Assembly (NCBI GenBank): GCA_046296415.1
Contig: JBKBLN010000002.1
Coordinates: forward strand, 502,370-566,369
DNA from: Spirosomataceae bacterium
GTDB lineage: Bacteria; Bacteroidota; Bacteroidia; Cytophagales; Spirosomataceae
Length of the DNA: 64,000 bases
Direction: 5' to 3'
The position numbers were made by a program, and so were the translations under genes. Positions 9,518 through 21,696 of this stretch are shown piece by piece. The notes below the pieces were generated by a model. The model worked only from the letters and a program-made list of their open reading frames with translations. It was not told the origin of the DNA and did no database searches. Numbering within the stretch: position 1 is the first letter of the stretch; each line of letters begins with the position of its first letter.

Positions 9518-10477
9518 ATGAACGTCATCGAATCCACCCACTTTCAATTTGAAGGTCAAACCGGTTTCTATCAAGGAAAAGTGCGCGATGTCTACCATTT
9601 TGACTCCCATTTGGTCATGGTAGCCACCGACCGCATTTCTGCATTTGATGTGATTTTACCCAGAGCTATTCCTTGTAAAGGGCAAGTTCTAAATCAAATT
9701 GCTGCGAAATTCCTTAAAGCAACGTCCGATATTGTTCCCAATTGGCTTGAGGCCGTTCCCGATCCCAACGTTTCAGTGGGTTTGGCTTGTGAAACCTTCC
9801 CCGTCGAAATGGTGGTTCGGGGTTATTTGGTCGGCCACGCTTGGAGAGAATATAAATCCGGTAAACGGACACTATGTGGTGTTTCCTTACCTGATGGACT
9901 TCGCGAAAACCAAAAACTTCCTAATCCCATCATTACCCCAACCACCAAGGCTCATGAGGGCCATGATGAGGATATTTCAAGAGAAGAAATTATTCAACGC
10001 GGACTGGTGGCGGAGGCCCAATACCTTGAACTTGAACGAATCGCCCTTTCTCTTTTCCAACGGGGGACCGAGATGGCCCAAGAACGCGGACTCATTCTAG
10101 TAGATACAAAGTATGAATTTGGCCATATTCAAGGGGTTATTCACTTAATTGACGAGGTCCATACACCTGATTCCTCTCGGTACTTTTATGCCGATGAATA
10201 CACAGAACGCTTGGCCAACGGTTTACCTCAAAAACAACTTTCGAAGGAGTTTGTCAGAGAATGGTTAATTTCCGAGGGTTTTCAAGGAAAAGACGGCCAG
10301 CAGGTTCCTGAAATGACCGACCAAAAGGTATCCGAAATATCCAAACGATACATCGAGCTTTTCGAACAAGTCACAGGGGAACCTTTTTTACCCGCCGACC
10401 AAGGACCCGCAGTCGAGCGTGTACAATCGGCAATTCAAAATTTCATGGCGACTTTTAAGCGTTCCTCTCATGTCTAA
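9518..10477 (+). CDS. purC: Phosphoribosylaminoimidazole-succinocarboxamide synthase (SAICAR synthetase)
   Basis: [30 protein letters not shown] motifs. ATG 9518 gives the usual ~319 aa; the longer ORF-track start overlaps the previous gene. Confidence 0.9.
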   Translation: MNVIESTHFQFEGQTGFYQGKVRDVYHFDSHLVMVATDRISAFDVILPRAIPCKGQVLNQIAAKFLKATSDIVPNWLEAVPDPNVSVGLACETFPVEMVVRGYLVGHAWREYKSGKRTLCGVSLPDGLRENQKLPNPIITPTTKAHEGHDEDISREEIIQRGLVAEAQYLELERIALSLFQRGTEMAQERGLILVDTKYEFGHIQGVIHLIDEVHTPDSSRYFYADEYTERLANGLPQKQLSKEFVREWLISEGFQGKDGQQVPEMTDQKVSEISKRYIELFEQVTGEPFLPADQGPAVERVQSAIQNFMATFKRSSHV

Positions 10478-11690
10478 GAACTTTCAAAAAAGCGATCGCC
10501 TAGCCCAATTATCTTATGCCATCCGCGGCCCCGTATTCGATAAAGCCCAGCAATTGGAGGCGATGGGACAAAAGATAATCAACTTGAACATCGGCAATCC
10601 AGCACCTTTCGGTTTCGATGTTCCGGATGAAATCGTCCAAGACATGATCCTGAATCTCCGAAATGCTCAAGGTTATTCCCACCACCTTGGAATCTTCTCG
10701 GCGCGTAAAGCAATCATGCACTATACCCAGCAAATCGGAATTCCAGATGTCACCATCGACGATATATTTGTCGGAAATGGTGTTTCCGAACTGATCGTCA
10801 TGACCTTACAAGCCTTGCTCAATGAAGGTGATGAAGTGCTTGTACCCTCACCTGATTATCCTCTCTGGACAACCGCGGTGGCCCTTGCAGGCGGAAAAGC
10901 CGTTCATTATTTATGTGATGAGGAATCAGACTGGAATCCTGACATGAAGGATATGACCGCTAAAATCAGTTCAAAAACCAAAGCCATCGTCGTGATCAAT
11001 CCCAATAATCCGACCGGTGCGGTGTATGACAAAGAAATTTTAGAAGCCATCGTGGCTTTAGCTGCCGAACACCAACTTTTGGTATTCTCAGATGAAATTT
11101 ACGACAAAATCCTTTACGATGGTCTGCAACATACGCCCATTGCTACACTCAGCGATGATGTATTTTTCATGACATTTGGGGGCCTCAGCAAAAACTACCG
11201 AGCGGCTGGGTTTCGAGGCGGATGGGTCATTGCATCCGGGGCTAAACACCGAGCCAAATCTTTCTTGGAGGGTCTGACTCTACTGGCCAGCATGCGCCTA
11301 TGCGCCAATGTACCAACCCAATTTGCCATACAAACTGCACTGGGAGGATATCAAAGCATTCAGGATCTTATTGCTCCCGACGGTCGTCTTACCAAACAAC
11401 GTGACTACATTCATCAACGGTTGATCGACATTCCAGGTATTTCCTGTGTGAAGCCCAAAGGTGCCCTCTATGTATTTCCCAAAATCGATCGTTCCAAATT
11501 CACATTTCAGGACGACGAACAATTTGTTTTGGATCTCTTGACCGAACAAAAAGTTCTAGTAGTTTCCGGAACTGGCTTTAACTACCCAGATAAGTCACAT
11601 TTTCGTATCGTGATTCTACCTGATCTCGATACCCTCACTTTAGCAGCCGATCGCATCCAAACGTTTCTGTCAAATGTAACTCGCGACTAA
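10470..11690 (+). CDS. alaA: Glutamate-pyruvate (alanine) aminotransferase, PLP-dependent class I
   Basis: Near-collinear with E. coli AlaA as I recall it ([82 protein letters not shown]). Confidence 0.9.
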   Translation: MSKNFQKSDRLAQLSYAIRGPVFDKAQQLEAMGQKIINLNIGNPAPFGFDVPDEIVQDMILNLRNAQGYSHHLGIFSARKAIMHYTQQIGIPDVTIDDIFVGNGVSELIVMTLQALLNEGDEVLVPSPDYPLWTTAVALAGGKAVHYLCDEESDWNPDMKDMTAKISSKTKAIVVINPNNPTGAVYDKEILEAIVALAAEHQLLVFSDEIYDKILYDGLQHTPIATLSDDVFFMTFGGLSKNYRAAGFRGGWVIASGAKHRAKSFLEGLTLLASMRLCANVPTQFAIQTALGGYQSIQDLIAPDGRLTKQRDYIHQRLIDIPGISCVKPKGALYVFPKIDRSKFTFQDDEQFVLDLLTEQKVLVVSGTGFNYPDKSHFRIVILPDLDTLTLAADRIQTFLSNVTRD

Positions 11691-11691
11691 A

Positions 11692-12162
11692 ATGGAAATC
11701 CTATTGCATGTAGTTGGTTTCTTGTGTTTAGCCGTAGGCTTAGCTGGCGCCGTTCTTCCATTGCCCGGTCCTCCCTTGAGCTTTATCGGGATTTTAGTCT
11801 TACACACAACAGAAAAAGTACAATTTTCAGACACATTCCTATGGACATGGGGGCTGATCACGGTAGCGAGTGTAATCTTTGACTACTATGCTCCCATCTT
11901 CACCGCAAAAAAACTGGGAGGATCCAAGTGGGGAACTTGGGGTGCCACCATTGGCATGTTGATTGGCTTATTTTTAGGTCCTCTAGGCCTTTTTATTGGG
12001 GCATTTATCGGAGCGCTCCTAGGAGAACTCCTTCAGGGCGTCACCCTAGAAAAAGCCACCAAAGTAGCACTCGGAACCTTTATAGGTTTTGCAGCGGGTA
12101 TCATTTTAAAATTAACCATCTGCGGTTATCTACTTTTTGAAGCTATTTCCGCCTATTTTTGA
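11692..12162 (+). CDS. DUF456-family small membrane protein
   Basis: 156-aa protein with four Gly-rich TM helices. Starts 1 nt after the alaA stop. Confidence 0.65.
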   Translation: MEILLHVVGFLCLAVGLAGAVLPLPGPPLSFIGILVLHTTEKVQFSDTFLWTWGLITVASVIFDYYAPIFTAKKLGGSKWGTWGATIGMLIGLFLGPLGLFIGAFIGALLGELLQGVTLEKATKVALGTFIGFAAGIILKLTICGYLLFEAISAYF

Positions 12163-13796
12163 CCTACGATCATTCGTGTCCCCTCGTATATCGTATTATC
12201 TTTCAATTGATTCCAAGTCTTAATTTGATCTATCGTAACTTGATACATCACAGATAAACGGAAAACCGTTTCTCCTTTCTTTACCACATGATAGACCGGC
12301 TCAGGTTGGGGAATCACACGCTCCGCCGGTCTTTTTGGCAAAGGCGGCAATTCCTCCTCCACTATTTCTTCTGTTGGCCACTCGGTATCGATTGGCAACT
12401 GCAAAACAGGCTCATGATATACCTTTTCAGGTTGCAAAAGAGGTTCCGGTATATCCAAATCAACAATTTCAACCTCGGTCCGACTTGGACGCTTCCGCTT
12501 TAACCATAATTTTTGACCTGTAAGGGCCAACGCCGACTGCCTTAATAAATTGAATTCCAACAGGGTCTTCACCTGAATTCCATACCGATGTGCCACATCC
12601 CAAAGGGTTTCGTACGGCTTTAAAATATGAAAATCAACAGGACCTTTGGTGTCTTTTTCCTCCAAGTAGTAAATCGTACCAACCCGAGGTGTATCAATTT
12701 CGGTTAAGTCATTATTTCGTAAAATATCCTTCATTGACACGCCGCTTAAATAGGCCAAATCCACAAAACTATCGTGCAAATGAGCCTGAATACCTAATTT
12801 TCCATTTAACTTGAAATAGACCCCACCTTTTGCCTTTTTGGGTTTGAGACCCTCCGTTATGATCGGATAAGCTAGCCGGTTTGGATCGGAAATTTCCTCT
12901 TCATGAAGATGTAAAAACTCAACAAATGCCTTGGTTTGTTGATACCGGCTCATCGGTAAAGGGACCAATAAGGGCTCCTGAGATTGAGCCGACAATCGCC
13001 AGGCGTTGAAGGTCTCCAGGTGAGCTGGTGAAACACTTAGCTCTTGTGCAACTTGCGGCAAGGGCATTCCAGAGCCAAACGGAAATTCATACAAAACGTA
13101 GGTTTCCCGATCAGCCCATTTTTGTAACTCACGTTCCATCAACTTCTTAAAAGCCAAAAACTTGAACAAGGCATATTGGCTAGGCTGATCCAACAATAGG
13201 GTATCGGTCTTTTTCCAATTCGCTACTTGGGCACTAAAAATGCGCTGTGAGGCCAGCTGAGCCCACAAAGCTCCTGGCCAGTGTCGGTACAAGATATGAT
13301 CTCGTTGGATGGATTTGATCCCCGCATCGGTGGCATGAAGAATGTGTTTCCTAAAATCTATCTGCTCCGTTTGATGGACGCGCAATTCTTTTGCTTTGTC
13401 TTGGGTTAAAACCCAATGAATATGAGCCGGTAGCAGTTCAATATGAAATGAATCCGGTTGCCAAAAGGGATAAATTGACAGGTACAAAAAATCCATTGGC
13501 ACATTTTGGCCTGCTAATTTTTTACGGATATGCGGGACAATGATCGACAGTTCCTCGGCCATGGCTTTTCGTTGCACCGGATCCTGGGTCCACAGTTGAT
13601 ATTCTTTTTGCAACATGTATTGTCCATACCGACCCAACTTAAAATGTGTTCCAGCAAAGTCCTCTCCTGTCGAAAAAACTGACTGCCCTTGTGCGGGACG
13701 GCCCATAAAAACCGTAATCATCCATCCCAAGTACCAAAATACCCGAAGTGAAGTAAAAAAATTGAAACTAATTGGTGAGGGGCAATTCATGTACAC
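12153..13796 (-). CDS. LysM-domain peptidoglycan-binding protein (MltD-like architecture; N-terminal domain not recognisably catalytic)
   Basis: Two C-terminal LysM repeats (HILKPYETLWDVAHRYGIQVKTLLEFN; YHVVKKGETVFRLSVMYQVTIDQIKTWNQL) separated by a Pro/Glu-rich linker. N-terminal signal/anchor sequence. Confidence 0.7.
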   Translation of the reverse strand: MYMNCPSPISFNFFTSLRVFWYLGWMITVFMGRPAQGQSVFSTGEDFAGTHFKLGRYGQYMLQKEYQLWTQDPVQRKAMAEELSIIVPHIRKKLAGQNVPMDFLYLSIYPFWQPDSFHIELLPAHIHWVLTQDKAKELRVHQTEQIDFRKHILHATDAGIKSIQRDHILYRHWPGALWAQLASQRIFSAQVANWKKTDTLLLDQPSQYALFKFLAFKKLMERELQKWADRETYVLYEFPFGSGMPLPQVAQELSVSPAHLETFNAWRLSAQSQEPLLVPLPMSRYQQTKAFVEFLHLHEEEISDPNRLAYPIITEGLKPKKAKGGVYFKLNGKLGIQAHLHDSFVDLAYLSGVSMKDILRNNDLTEIDTPRVGTIYYLEEKDTKGPVDFHILKPYETLWDVAHRYGIQVKTLLEFNLLRQSALALTGQKLWLKRKRPSRTEVEIVDLDIPEPLLQPEKVYHEPVLQLPIDTEWPTEEIVEEELPPLPKRPAERVIPQPEPVYHVVKKGETVFRLSVMYQVTIDQIKTWNQLKDNTIYEGTRMIVGQK

Positions 13797-14007
13797 AAAT
13801 AGGAAGGGTCAGTATTTTGAATTCAAATTAAGAGGTTTTTCTTAAATACGGATGTAAGTTAGCCAATGAAGTACAAAAATAGAAGGTTATTTAATATGAA
13901 AAGCCATTTTAGTTGGTCAAAAACATGGAAGCTCTACAAGCCCAAATAAATCAAACATCCTCTAGCTGAGGATATTTATGGAATAGATAGCCAAGAAAAT
14001 CGAAAAA

Positions 14008-14034
14008 GAAAACGCCTCTTAAAGAGGCGTTTTC
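14008..14034 (-). terminator. Rho-independent terminator of pgi
   Basis: Perfect palindrome GAAAACGCCTCTT-A-AAGAGGCGTTTTC 3 nt after the pgi stop, followed by a T-run on the minus strand. Confidence 0.8.
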
Positions 14035-14036
14035 TT

Positions 14037-15740
<1,704 letters not shown>

Positions 15741-15801
15741 CTACCCACCGAAATTCTACCTTTTTTGAAAAAAAATACCTTTAAAAAAGTCAAAAAAATC
15801 T

Positions 15802-16566
15802 TTATGTTGTCGTATTCCGATAAATGGTCGTGGGGGCCGATTGAACCTTAGGGTAGATTGTTAAATCGGCGATAGTTACGTGATCAGGTACGTCTAAAAC
15901 ATAGCGGATGGTATCGGCTACATCCTCAGGCCGAAGTGGCTGAAACCCTGCATATACCGTAGAGGCACGCTCGGCATCTCCTTTAAATCGGACCAAAGAA
16001 AATTCAGTTTCTACGGCTCCAGGGGCAATATTGGTAATTTTGATTCCGTGCTGGGTTAAATCCAATCGCATCCCCTCAGAAATTCCCTCTACCGCTTTTT
16101 TGGAAGCACAATAGACAGCTCCATTGGCGTACGTTGTTTTGCCTGCAACAGAACTCAGGTTGATGATATGCCCTTTTTTCCGTGCGACCATGCCCGGAAC
16201 GACACATCGGGAAACATACAAAAGGCCTTGGACATTTCCATCGATCATGGCATCCCAATCATCTAGGTCCCCTTGTTCAAAGGACGAAAGCCCATGGGCA
16301 TTTCCTGCGTTGTTGATTAGTACATCGATGGCTTTCCATTCCTCGGGCAACGACTGAAACGCTGTTTCAACTTGGCCACGCTGGCGCACATCGAAAGCGA
16401 GGGTAAATACAGGGGTTTGTTTACTCAACTCACGGCGGAGGTAATCTAATTTATCAATCCGGCGACCGGTGAGGAGAAGAGAAAATCCTTTTTGAGCCAA
16501 AAGATAAGCGGTTGCCTCACCAATGCCGGAGGTAGCACCTGTGATGCAAGCAATGCGTCCTGTCAT
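15802..16566 (-). CDS. SDR-family NAD(P)-dependent oxidoreductase (YdfG-like)
   Basis: TGATSGIG cofactor motif, NNAG, and catalytic S...YCASK. ATG 16566 chosen because a promoter box lies between it and the ORF-track start. Confidence 0.85.
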   Translation of the reverse strand: MTGRIACITGATSGIGEATAYLLAQKGFSLLLTGRRIDKLDYLRRELSKQTPVFTLAFDVRQRGQVETAFQSLPEEWKAIDVLINNAGNAHGLSSFEQGDLDDWDAMIDGNVQGLLYVSRCVVPGMVARKKGHIINLSSVAGKTTYANGAVYCASKKAVEGISEGMRLDLTQHGIKITNIAPGAVETEFSLVRFKGDAERASTVYAGFQPLRPEDVADTIRYVLDVPDHVTIADLTIYPKVQSAPTTIYRNTTT

Positions 16567-16577
16567 GTTTTTTTCAA

Positions 16578-16585
16578 CAAAGGTA
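16578..16585 (-). promoter_or_regulatory. Candidate -7 promoter box TACCTTTG (minus strand) for the SDR gene
   Basis: Exact consensus 11 nt upstream of ATG 16566, implying a very short leader. Confidence 0.4.
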
Positions 16586-16618
16586 TTGGGTTTGATGGAA
16601 CAAAACAAGGTAAGGAAT

Positions 16619-17980
16619 CTATCGAGCCCAGTTCAGTTTCATCACATTATTCCCTATTTCTTTCCCTTGCTCTAAACCTGCCTTATTGTCCATTTGGGTA
16701 TGAATTCCACCGAAAAAACGGGAATCCGCTGATTCCACAGCAAATTGCCAAATTCTTGTAAAGGACCTTGGCTTAAAATCAGTCTGTCTGGCCTGATCAC
16801 GAGGTCTTCCTTCCCATGTTCGATCGGTAAATGCATAATTTTCACCAAATACCTCCTCCAACACGGTAGCTGAGGCCGCAGATTGCGTTGCATGGCCTGA
16901 GGAAAAACCTGGAAACGGAGGAGCCGGCCAAAACGGAACCCATCTCGGGTCGATGGTCTTACGAACATACGTGTAAGGGCGTTCGTTGAAGTGCGTGAAT
17001 TTCACTTTCCAACAATGAACAAAGGCATCGGAAACAGCCAGTCCTACTTGTGCAAAGGTGGCCACTGCTTTATCTAATCTTGGATTTTCTTTAAGAATAA
17101 TTTGTCTGGCAATGGAAATCGAGTGCCCAGGCGGGGTAAAGGTTTCGGATGGATCGTCTGCCCACCAAATGGAAATCTCTTTTTCGACTTGGGTTAATCG
17201 TAGATTTTTTTCATACACTGCCTTGTATTCAGCAAAAAAAGGCGAATTTTTATCATAACTAGGTCGAAGTATGGAAGGTACTTTCAAGTCTGCATTACTT
17301 CGAATAAAGCTACGATTTCTACCCCAAGTGGGCTGTAAAGGGATCCGTTGTCTATTTTCTGTGGGTTCCCATAAACCTGTACCTCTTGGTACTTGGAAAG
17401 AAGCTGGAAAATTTCGGAGGTGTCCTTCATGTCCTCCATCTTTGGTAGAATACTCAAAAATTGCGGCTGCCACAGCGGCCCCGTATTGGCGGGAGCGATC
17501 TACAAGGGCTTGAGATTTTCCTTGGGTGAGTCGGGCATCCCAAACGGTTTGCATGGAATCAACGGCTTGTCGCAGGGCCGTCGGGGCAGCAAGAAAAAGC
17601 TGCCGTGCCATGAATGCATAGGCAGTATGCGCAGACAAGGCCCAGTCATAGCCTTGGGTGGGATCGGGTTTGGGAAGTTCAGTTAAATCAGTCAATTGAC
17701 CAGCCAAAGATCGATAAGAAGATGATCCTCCCACCATCGCCTCATAACCTGCCAAATGAAAGTATCCAATGGCTCGGGAAGCTACGGGGGGGGTGAAACC
17801 GGGAGTTCCTTTCAGTAACCGGAGTTCAAGTTGAGTCCATGCCAATGGAATTTCGGCGGAAAACGTCTCGGCAGTGGGCTCTTTGGTGTTGACCTGTTCT
17901 TTCGGGTCGACGTCGTCAACACGGCAGGACGACACGATCACAAGAAGAACCAAACTATATAGAAGAATAGACTTTTTCAT
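16619..17980 (-). CDS. PAP2-superfamily lipoprotein (acid phosphatase / vanadium-dependent haloperoxidase-like)
   Basis: Lipoprotein signal (LVLLVIVSSC). PAP2 motifs K-x6-RP (KVKFTHFNERP), SSGH and SRFFGGIHTQMD. Confidence 0.7.
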   Translation of the reverse strand: MKKSILLYSLVLLVIVSSCRVDDVDPKEQVNTKEPTAETFSAEIPLAWTQLELRLLKGTPGFTPPVASRAIGYFHLAGYEAMVGGSSSYRSLAGQLTDLTELPKPDPTQGYDWALSAHTAYAFMARQLFLAAPTALRQAVDSMQTVWDARLTQGKSQALVDRSRQYGAAVAAAIFEYSTKDGGHEGHLRNFPASFQVPRGTGLWEPTENRQRIPLQPTWGRNRSFIRSNADLKVPSILRPSYDKNSPFFAEYKAVYEKNLRLTQVEKEISIWWADDPSETFTPPGHSISIARQIILKENPRLDKAVATFAQVGLAVSDAFVHCWKVKFTHFNERPYTYVRKTIDPRWVPFWPAPPFPGFSSGHATQSAASATVLEEVFGENYAFTDRTWEGRPRDQARQTDFKPRSFTRIWQFAVESADSRFFGGIHTQMDNKAGLEQGKEIGNNVMKLNWAR

Positions 17981-18042
17981 GCAAAGAGGTTGTTCTTCTT
18001 GGTATCTTCCAAAATTTATGCCAGTATGCGAAATTGAACGGG

Positions 18043-18912
18043 TTATTTCTTCCACCAAGGATACCGAATTTGATCCCACCAGGTTTTGGGGAAATTAGAT
18101 AGGTGTTCAAAGCCCAATTTAAGATCCTTATCTACCTTCGGAAAGACGGCAGTTCCGAACAGGTAATCCCATAGACTCAAGGAAATACCATAGTTGATTC
18201 CATCAGGATGTCCCTCAGGTAATTTTTCCACATGATGCCATAAATGCATTTGGGGTGTATTGATCACATATTTTAGAGGCCCAATGGGGAGGTAGACATT
18301 GGCGTGATTGAAGTGCCCAATGGTGATGGTGAAAATATGGAGCCAGAAAAAATCGGTAAGACCGAAGCCTATCAAGGTCAATGGGATGAATTCAAAAAAT
18401 CGGTATATCACCGTCTCCATCCAATGGTACCGTAGGTGGGCGGCAAATCCCATTTCTTCTACACTATGGTGTACCTTATGAAATTCCCACATCCAAGGAA
18501 TTTTATGCAGGAGGCGATGTACATTCCATTGGATGAAGTCCCGAAGGAAAAACATGAGTAGAAATTTACCCCAAATAGGCCATGAGGAAACATTCACCGC
18601 CACCAAATTGGTCACGCCTACCTGCGCCAAAGCATCCGAAAACAGGGCGACCCCAACATTAGACAGTGCGTTGTATCCAATAAGGGAAAAGAGAAAGAAG
18701 TTGAAGAACATATAAAATACATCCAGATAGAAATCTTTTCGTATGATCGCTTGATTTCGTCTCCAGGGGATAAATACCTCCAACATCCAAACAAACAAGG
18801 ATAGCCCAATCAACCAATAAAAATAATTGTGCCAGGTTGGGGTCGTGATTTCATTCCAAAGGTAGTTGGCATAACCTGCCATGCCTTGCCAAAAAATTTC
18901 TATGTATTTCAT
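18043..18912 (-). CDS. Fatty-acid hydroxylase / sterol desaturase family membrane protein
   Basis: Histidine boxes HRLLH, HKVHH and HLWHH in a polytopic 289-aa protein. Confidence 0.8.
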   Translation of the reverse strand: MKYIEIFWQGMAGYANYLWNEITTPTWHNYFYWLIGLSLFVWMLEVFIPWRRNQAIIRKDFYLDVFYMFFNFFLFSLIGYNALSNVGVALFSDALAQVGVTNLVAVNVSSWPIWGKFLLMFFLRDFIQWNVHRLLHKIPWMWEFHKVHHSVEEMGFAAHLRYHWMETVIYRFFEFIPLTLIGFGLTDFFWLHIFTITIGHFNHANVYLPIGPLKYVINTPQMHLWHHVEKLPEGHPDGINYGISLSLWDYLFGTAVFPKVDKDLKLGFEHLSNFPKTWWDQIRYPWWKK

Positions 18913-18932
18913 ACAATATCCACTAGATCCTG

Positions 18933-18940
18933 CAAAAGTA
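18933..18940 (-). promoter_or_regulatory. Candidate -7 promoter box TACTTTTG (minus strand)
   Basis: Exact consensus 20 nt upstream of ATG 18912. Confidence 0.45.
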
Positions 18941-19015
18941 GGAGGTTCAGATCAAAAGAAATGTGATCTTAGGCACAAAACGAACCGTGGAAACGGATTG
19001 TTGAGGGAAATAAAA

Positions 19016-19045
19016 AAAACCTCGGCTGTTTCCATCCGAGGTTTT
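19016..19045 (-). terminator. Rho-independent terminator of pgk
   Basis: 10-bp stem AAAACCTCGG / CCGAGGTTTT with a 10-nt loop, followed by an 8-T run on the minus strand. Lies 19 nt after the pgk stop. Confidence 0.8.
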
Positions 19046-19063
19046 TATATACCCAAGAACCAA

Positions 19064-20251
19064 TTAAGCTAATGCAGCTACTCCAGGTAGTACTTTTCCT
19101 TCCATGTATTCAAGCAAGGCTCCACCTCCTGTAGAGACATAAGATACTCGATCACCCAAGCCGGCATTATTTATTGCCGAGGCCGAATCTCCTCCCCCAA
19201 TGAGTGAGAAAGCATTGTTTTCCTCAGTCGCTTTAACAACGGCAGCCGCAATGGCGTTGGTTCCGGCGGCAAAGTTTTCGAATTCAAAAACACCCATAGG
19301 GCCATTCCAAAGAATCGTTTTGGATTTTGCTACGATTTCTTGAAACAACGCGACCGATTCTGGACCAATGTCGAGCCCTTCCCAACCGGCTGGAATATGC
19401 CCTGTGGCTACTACTTGGCGGTTGGCGTCGTTTGAAAATTGATCTGCGCAAACATTATCGACGGGCATGATGATATTCACACCTTTTTCCTTGGCCTTGG
19501 CCAAAATCTCGAGAGCTAACTCTTGTTTGTCGGCTTCCAGTAGAGAATTCCCGATATCCCCCCCTAAGGCCTTGGTAAAAGTGTAAGTCATTCCACCACC
19601 AATGATCAGGTTATCTACTTTATCCAACAATCGTTCAATAATGAGGATTTTATCTGAAATTTTTGCACCGCCCATAATCGCTGTGAATGGACGCTCGGCA
19701 TTCTCTAAAATATGCTGGGCGTTGTCAATTTCAGCTTGCATCACATATCCGCAAACCCGATCTGCAAAAAACTGACCAATCACCGCCGTCGAGGCATGAG
19801 CGCGGTGCGCAGTTCCAAAAGCATCATTCACCCAAACGTCCCCTAAACGAGCCAATTTTTGGGCAAACTCTTGATTTCCTTTTTCCTCTTCTTTATAAAA
19901 ACGAAGGTTTTCCAGAAGTAAAACCTCACCTGGCTGCAAAGCTGCAGCCAAATCAACCGCTGAATCGCCAATGCAATCATCTGCAAATTTTACTTGAACA
20001 CCCAAAACCAACGATAAAGGAGTGACAAGGTGCTTCAGGGAATATTTCTCGGTAGGGCCATCTTTAGGACGACCTAAGTGGGACATCAAAATGCAGGATC
20101 CTCCATCAGAGAGGATTTTTTTCAAAGTTGGCAAGGTCGCTTTGATCCGTGTGTCATCGGTGATTTCAAACCGATCGTTCAACGGAACATTAAAATCTAC
20201 CCGAATGAGTGCCTTTTTTCCTTGAAAATCGAATGAGTCGAGCGTGTGCAT
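19064..20251 (-). CDS. pgk: Phosphoglycerate kinase
   Basis: 395 aa. RVDFNVP, SHLGRPKG-type loop, [17 protein letters not shown] motifs. Confidence 0.95.
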   Translation of the reverse strand: MHTLDSFDFQGKKALIRVDFNVPLNDRFEITDDTRIKATLPTLKKILSDGGSCILMSHLGRPKDGPTEKYSLKHLVTPLSLVLGVQVKFADDCIGDSAVDLAAALQPGEVLLLENLRFYKEEEKGNQEFAQKLARLGDVWVNDAFGTAHRAHASTAVIGQFFADRVCGYVMQAEIDNAQHILENAERPFTAIMGGAKISDKILIIERLLDKVDNLIIGGGMTYTFTKALGGDIGNSLLEADKQELALEILAKAKEKGVNIIMPVDNVCADQFSNDANRQVVATGHIPAGWEGLDIGPESVALFQEIVAKSKTILWNGPMGVFEFENFAAGTNAIAAAVVKATEENNAFSLIGGGDSASAINNAGLGDRVSYVSTGGGALLEYMEGKVLPGVAALA

Positions 20252-20292
20252 GTATGACAGGAATTGGTTAAATGAATTGGGTGAACCCCAAA

Positions 20293-20300
20293 CAAATATA
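20293..20300 (-). promoter_or_regulatory. Candidate -7 promoter box TATATTTG (minus strand) for pgk
   Basis: Exact consensus 41 nt upstream of the pgk ATG. Confidence 0.4.
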
Positions 20301-20477
20301 CGGCCTTTGACTTTTTCACCCGCTTTTTTACGACGCTTTCTTTGGGTTTCACGACATAATCCTATGAATCATTCAATAATTTAACGGAATTGCCAAATTT
20401 TATTTTTACACAAACCTTTTCTTACCAAATAATCCTGGTAATTGAAACAGACCTTTTGAATATCAAATATTTATGTC

Positions 20478-20485
20478 TATCTTTG
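20478..20485 (+). promoter_or_regulatory. Candidate -7 promoter box TATCTTTG with a -33 TTG (20456..20458, 19-nt spacer) for rpsF-rpsR-rplI
   Basis: Exact TAnnTTTG with an appropriately spaced TTG. Ends 63 nt before the rpsF ATG. Confidence 0.5.
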
Positions 20486-20548
20486 CCCCTCATTTTGCAA
20501 GGAGACTTGGCAAAGTGTTCATGTTTTATTCGTAAATTTTTTACTTAC

Positions 20549-20911
20549 ATGTTTAAAAACCAGTACGAGACAGTGTTCATTTTAACTCCCGTTTTGTCTG
20601 ATGCCCAGATGAAGGACGCTGTCGAAAAATTCAAAAAAGTGCTGACTGATAATGGTGCTGAGCTATTGAACGAAGAGTCTTGGGGCCTTCGTAAATTGGC
20701 ATATCCCATCCAGCATAAGACCACGGGCTACTATCAGTTGTTTGAATTTACCGCTCCAGGTGAGTTGGTCAAAACCTTGGAAACCGAGTACAAGCGCGAT
20801 GAGCGTATCATGCGTTTCTTAACAACCAAGTTGGACAAATACGGTGCTGAGTATGCAGAGCGTCGTCGTAAAGGTCAAATTGGCAAGAAAAAAGAGGCCG
20901 CAGCTAATTAA
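20549..20911 (+). CDS. rpsF: 30S ribosomal protein S6
   Basis: YETVFILTP...GLRKLAYPI motif. The internal ATG gives ~120 aa; the ORF-track start lies upstream of the promoter. Confidence 0.9.
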   Translation: MFKNQYETVFILTPVLSDAQMKDAVEKFKKVLTDNGAELLNEESWGLRKLAYPIQHKTTGYYQLFEFTAPGELVKTLETEYKRDERIMRFLTTKLDKYGAEYAERRRKGQIGKKKEAAAN

Positions 20912-20938
20912 GTTTTTCACTCGTAAATTTCAAGAAGT

Positions 20939-21193
20939 ATGTCATTGGTAAATGAACCCGTAGAGCGTAAAGATCAAGCTCGCAAAAAATACTGTCGCTT
21001 CAAGAAAGCCGGTATCAAATACATTGATTACAAGGATCCTAACTTCCTTTTGAAGTTTGTGAATGAGCAAGGCAAGATCCTTCCTCGTCGGTTGTCAGGA
21101 AACAGCCTGAAATACCAGCGGAAAGTATCGACGGCCATCAAACGTGCTCGTCATTTGGCGTTAATGCCGTACGTGGCTGACGGTCTTAAATAA
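20939..21193 (+). CDS. rpsR: 30S ribosomal protein S18
   Basis: [24 protein letters not shown] and ARHLALMPY motifs. Confidence 0.95.
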   Translation: MSLVNEPVERKDQARKKYCRFKKAGIKYIDYKDPNFLLKFVNEQGKILPRRLSGNSLKYQRKVSTAIKRARHLALMPYVADGLK

Positions 21194-21225
21194 TTCCTTG
21201 ATCATTTAAATTTTTGTCTTACAAA

Positions 21226-21678
21226 ATGGAAATCATTCTAACAACTGATATCGTAGGTCTTGGCTACAAGAACGATATCTTGGATGTGAAGCCAGGATAT
21301 GGCCGCAACTATTTAATCCCACAAGGATACGCGGTTTTGGCAACTCCATCGAATAAAAAAATCTTGGCTGAAAACTTGAAGCAAGCTGCGCATAAAGCAG
21401 AGAAAATCAAGAAAGATGCAGAAGAAATTGCCGCTGCTATTGGTACAGAGGTCATCACAATCACTATGAAAACAGGTGAAAGTGGCCGGATCTTCGGTCG
21501 GGTAACCAATACGCAAGTAGCTGACGCTCTAAACGCTCGGGGTATCAACGTAGATCGTAAGAAAATTGCGATCGAGGATATCAAGGTTGTAGGTGAGTAC
21601 AAAGCCTTGATCGATTTGCATAAAGAAGTGAAACACGAAGTGACAGTAGCTGTTGTTTCGGAAGTAGTTTCTGCTTAA
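21226..21678 (+). CDS. rplI: 50S ribosomal protein L9
   Basis: MEIILTTDIVGLGYKNDILDVKPGYGRNYLIPQGYA is a typical L9 N-domain. Confidence 0.95.
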   Translation: MEIILTTDIVGLGYKNDILDVKPGYGRNYLIPQGYAVLATPSNKKILAENLKQAAHKAEKIKKDAEEIAAAIGTEVITITMKTGESGRIFGRVTNTQVADALNARGINVDRKKIAIEDIKVVGEYKALIDLHKEVKHEVTVAVVSEVVSA

Positions 21679-21696
21679 TCGCTCGAATGCATCAAC

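Noticed and set aside
13896-13949. A 17-codon mini-ORF (MKSHFSWSKTWKLYKPK) in the 240-bp gap between the LysM gene and pgi.
   Set aside because: It is too short, has no promoter box or conservation evidence, and could easily occur by chance in AT-rich intergenic DNA.
20486-20548. Possible S6:S18-binding autoregulatory leader structure in the 63-nt rpsF 5' UTR (imperfect hairpin TTTGCAAGG…CTTGGCAAA).
   Set aside because: The hairpin has a mismatch. I cannot verify resemblance to the known rpsF leader motif without a covariance-model search (Rfam/Infernal), so it is not reported as a feature.
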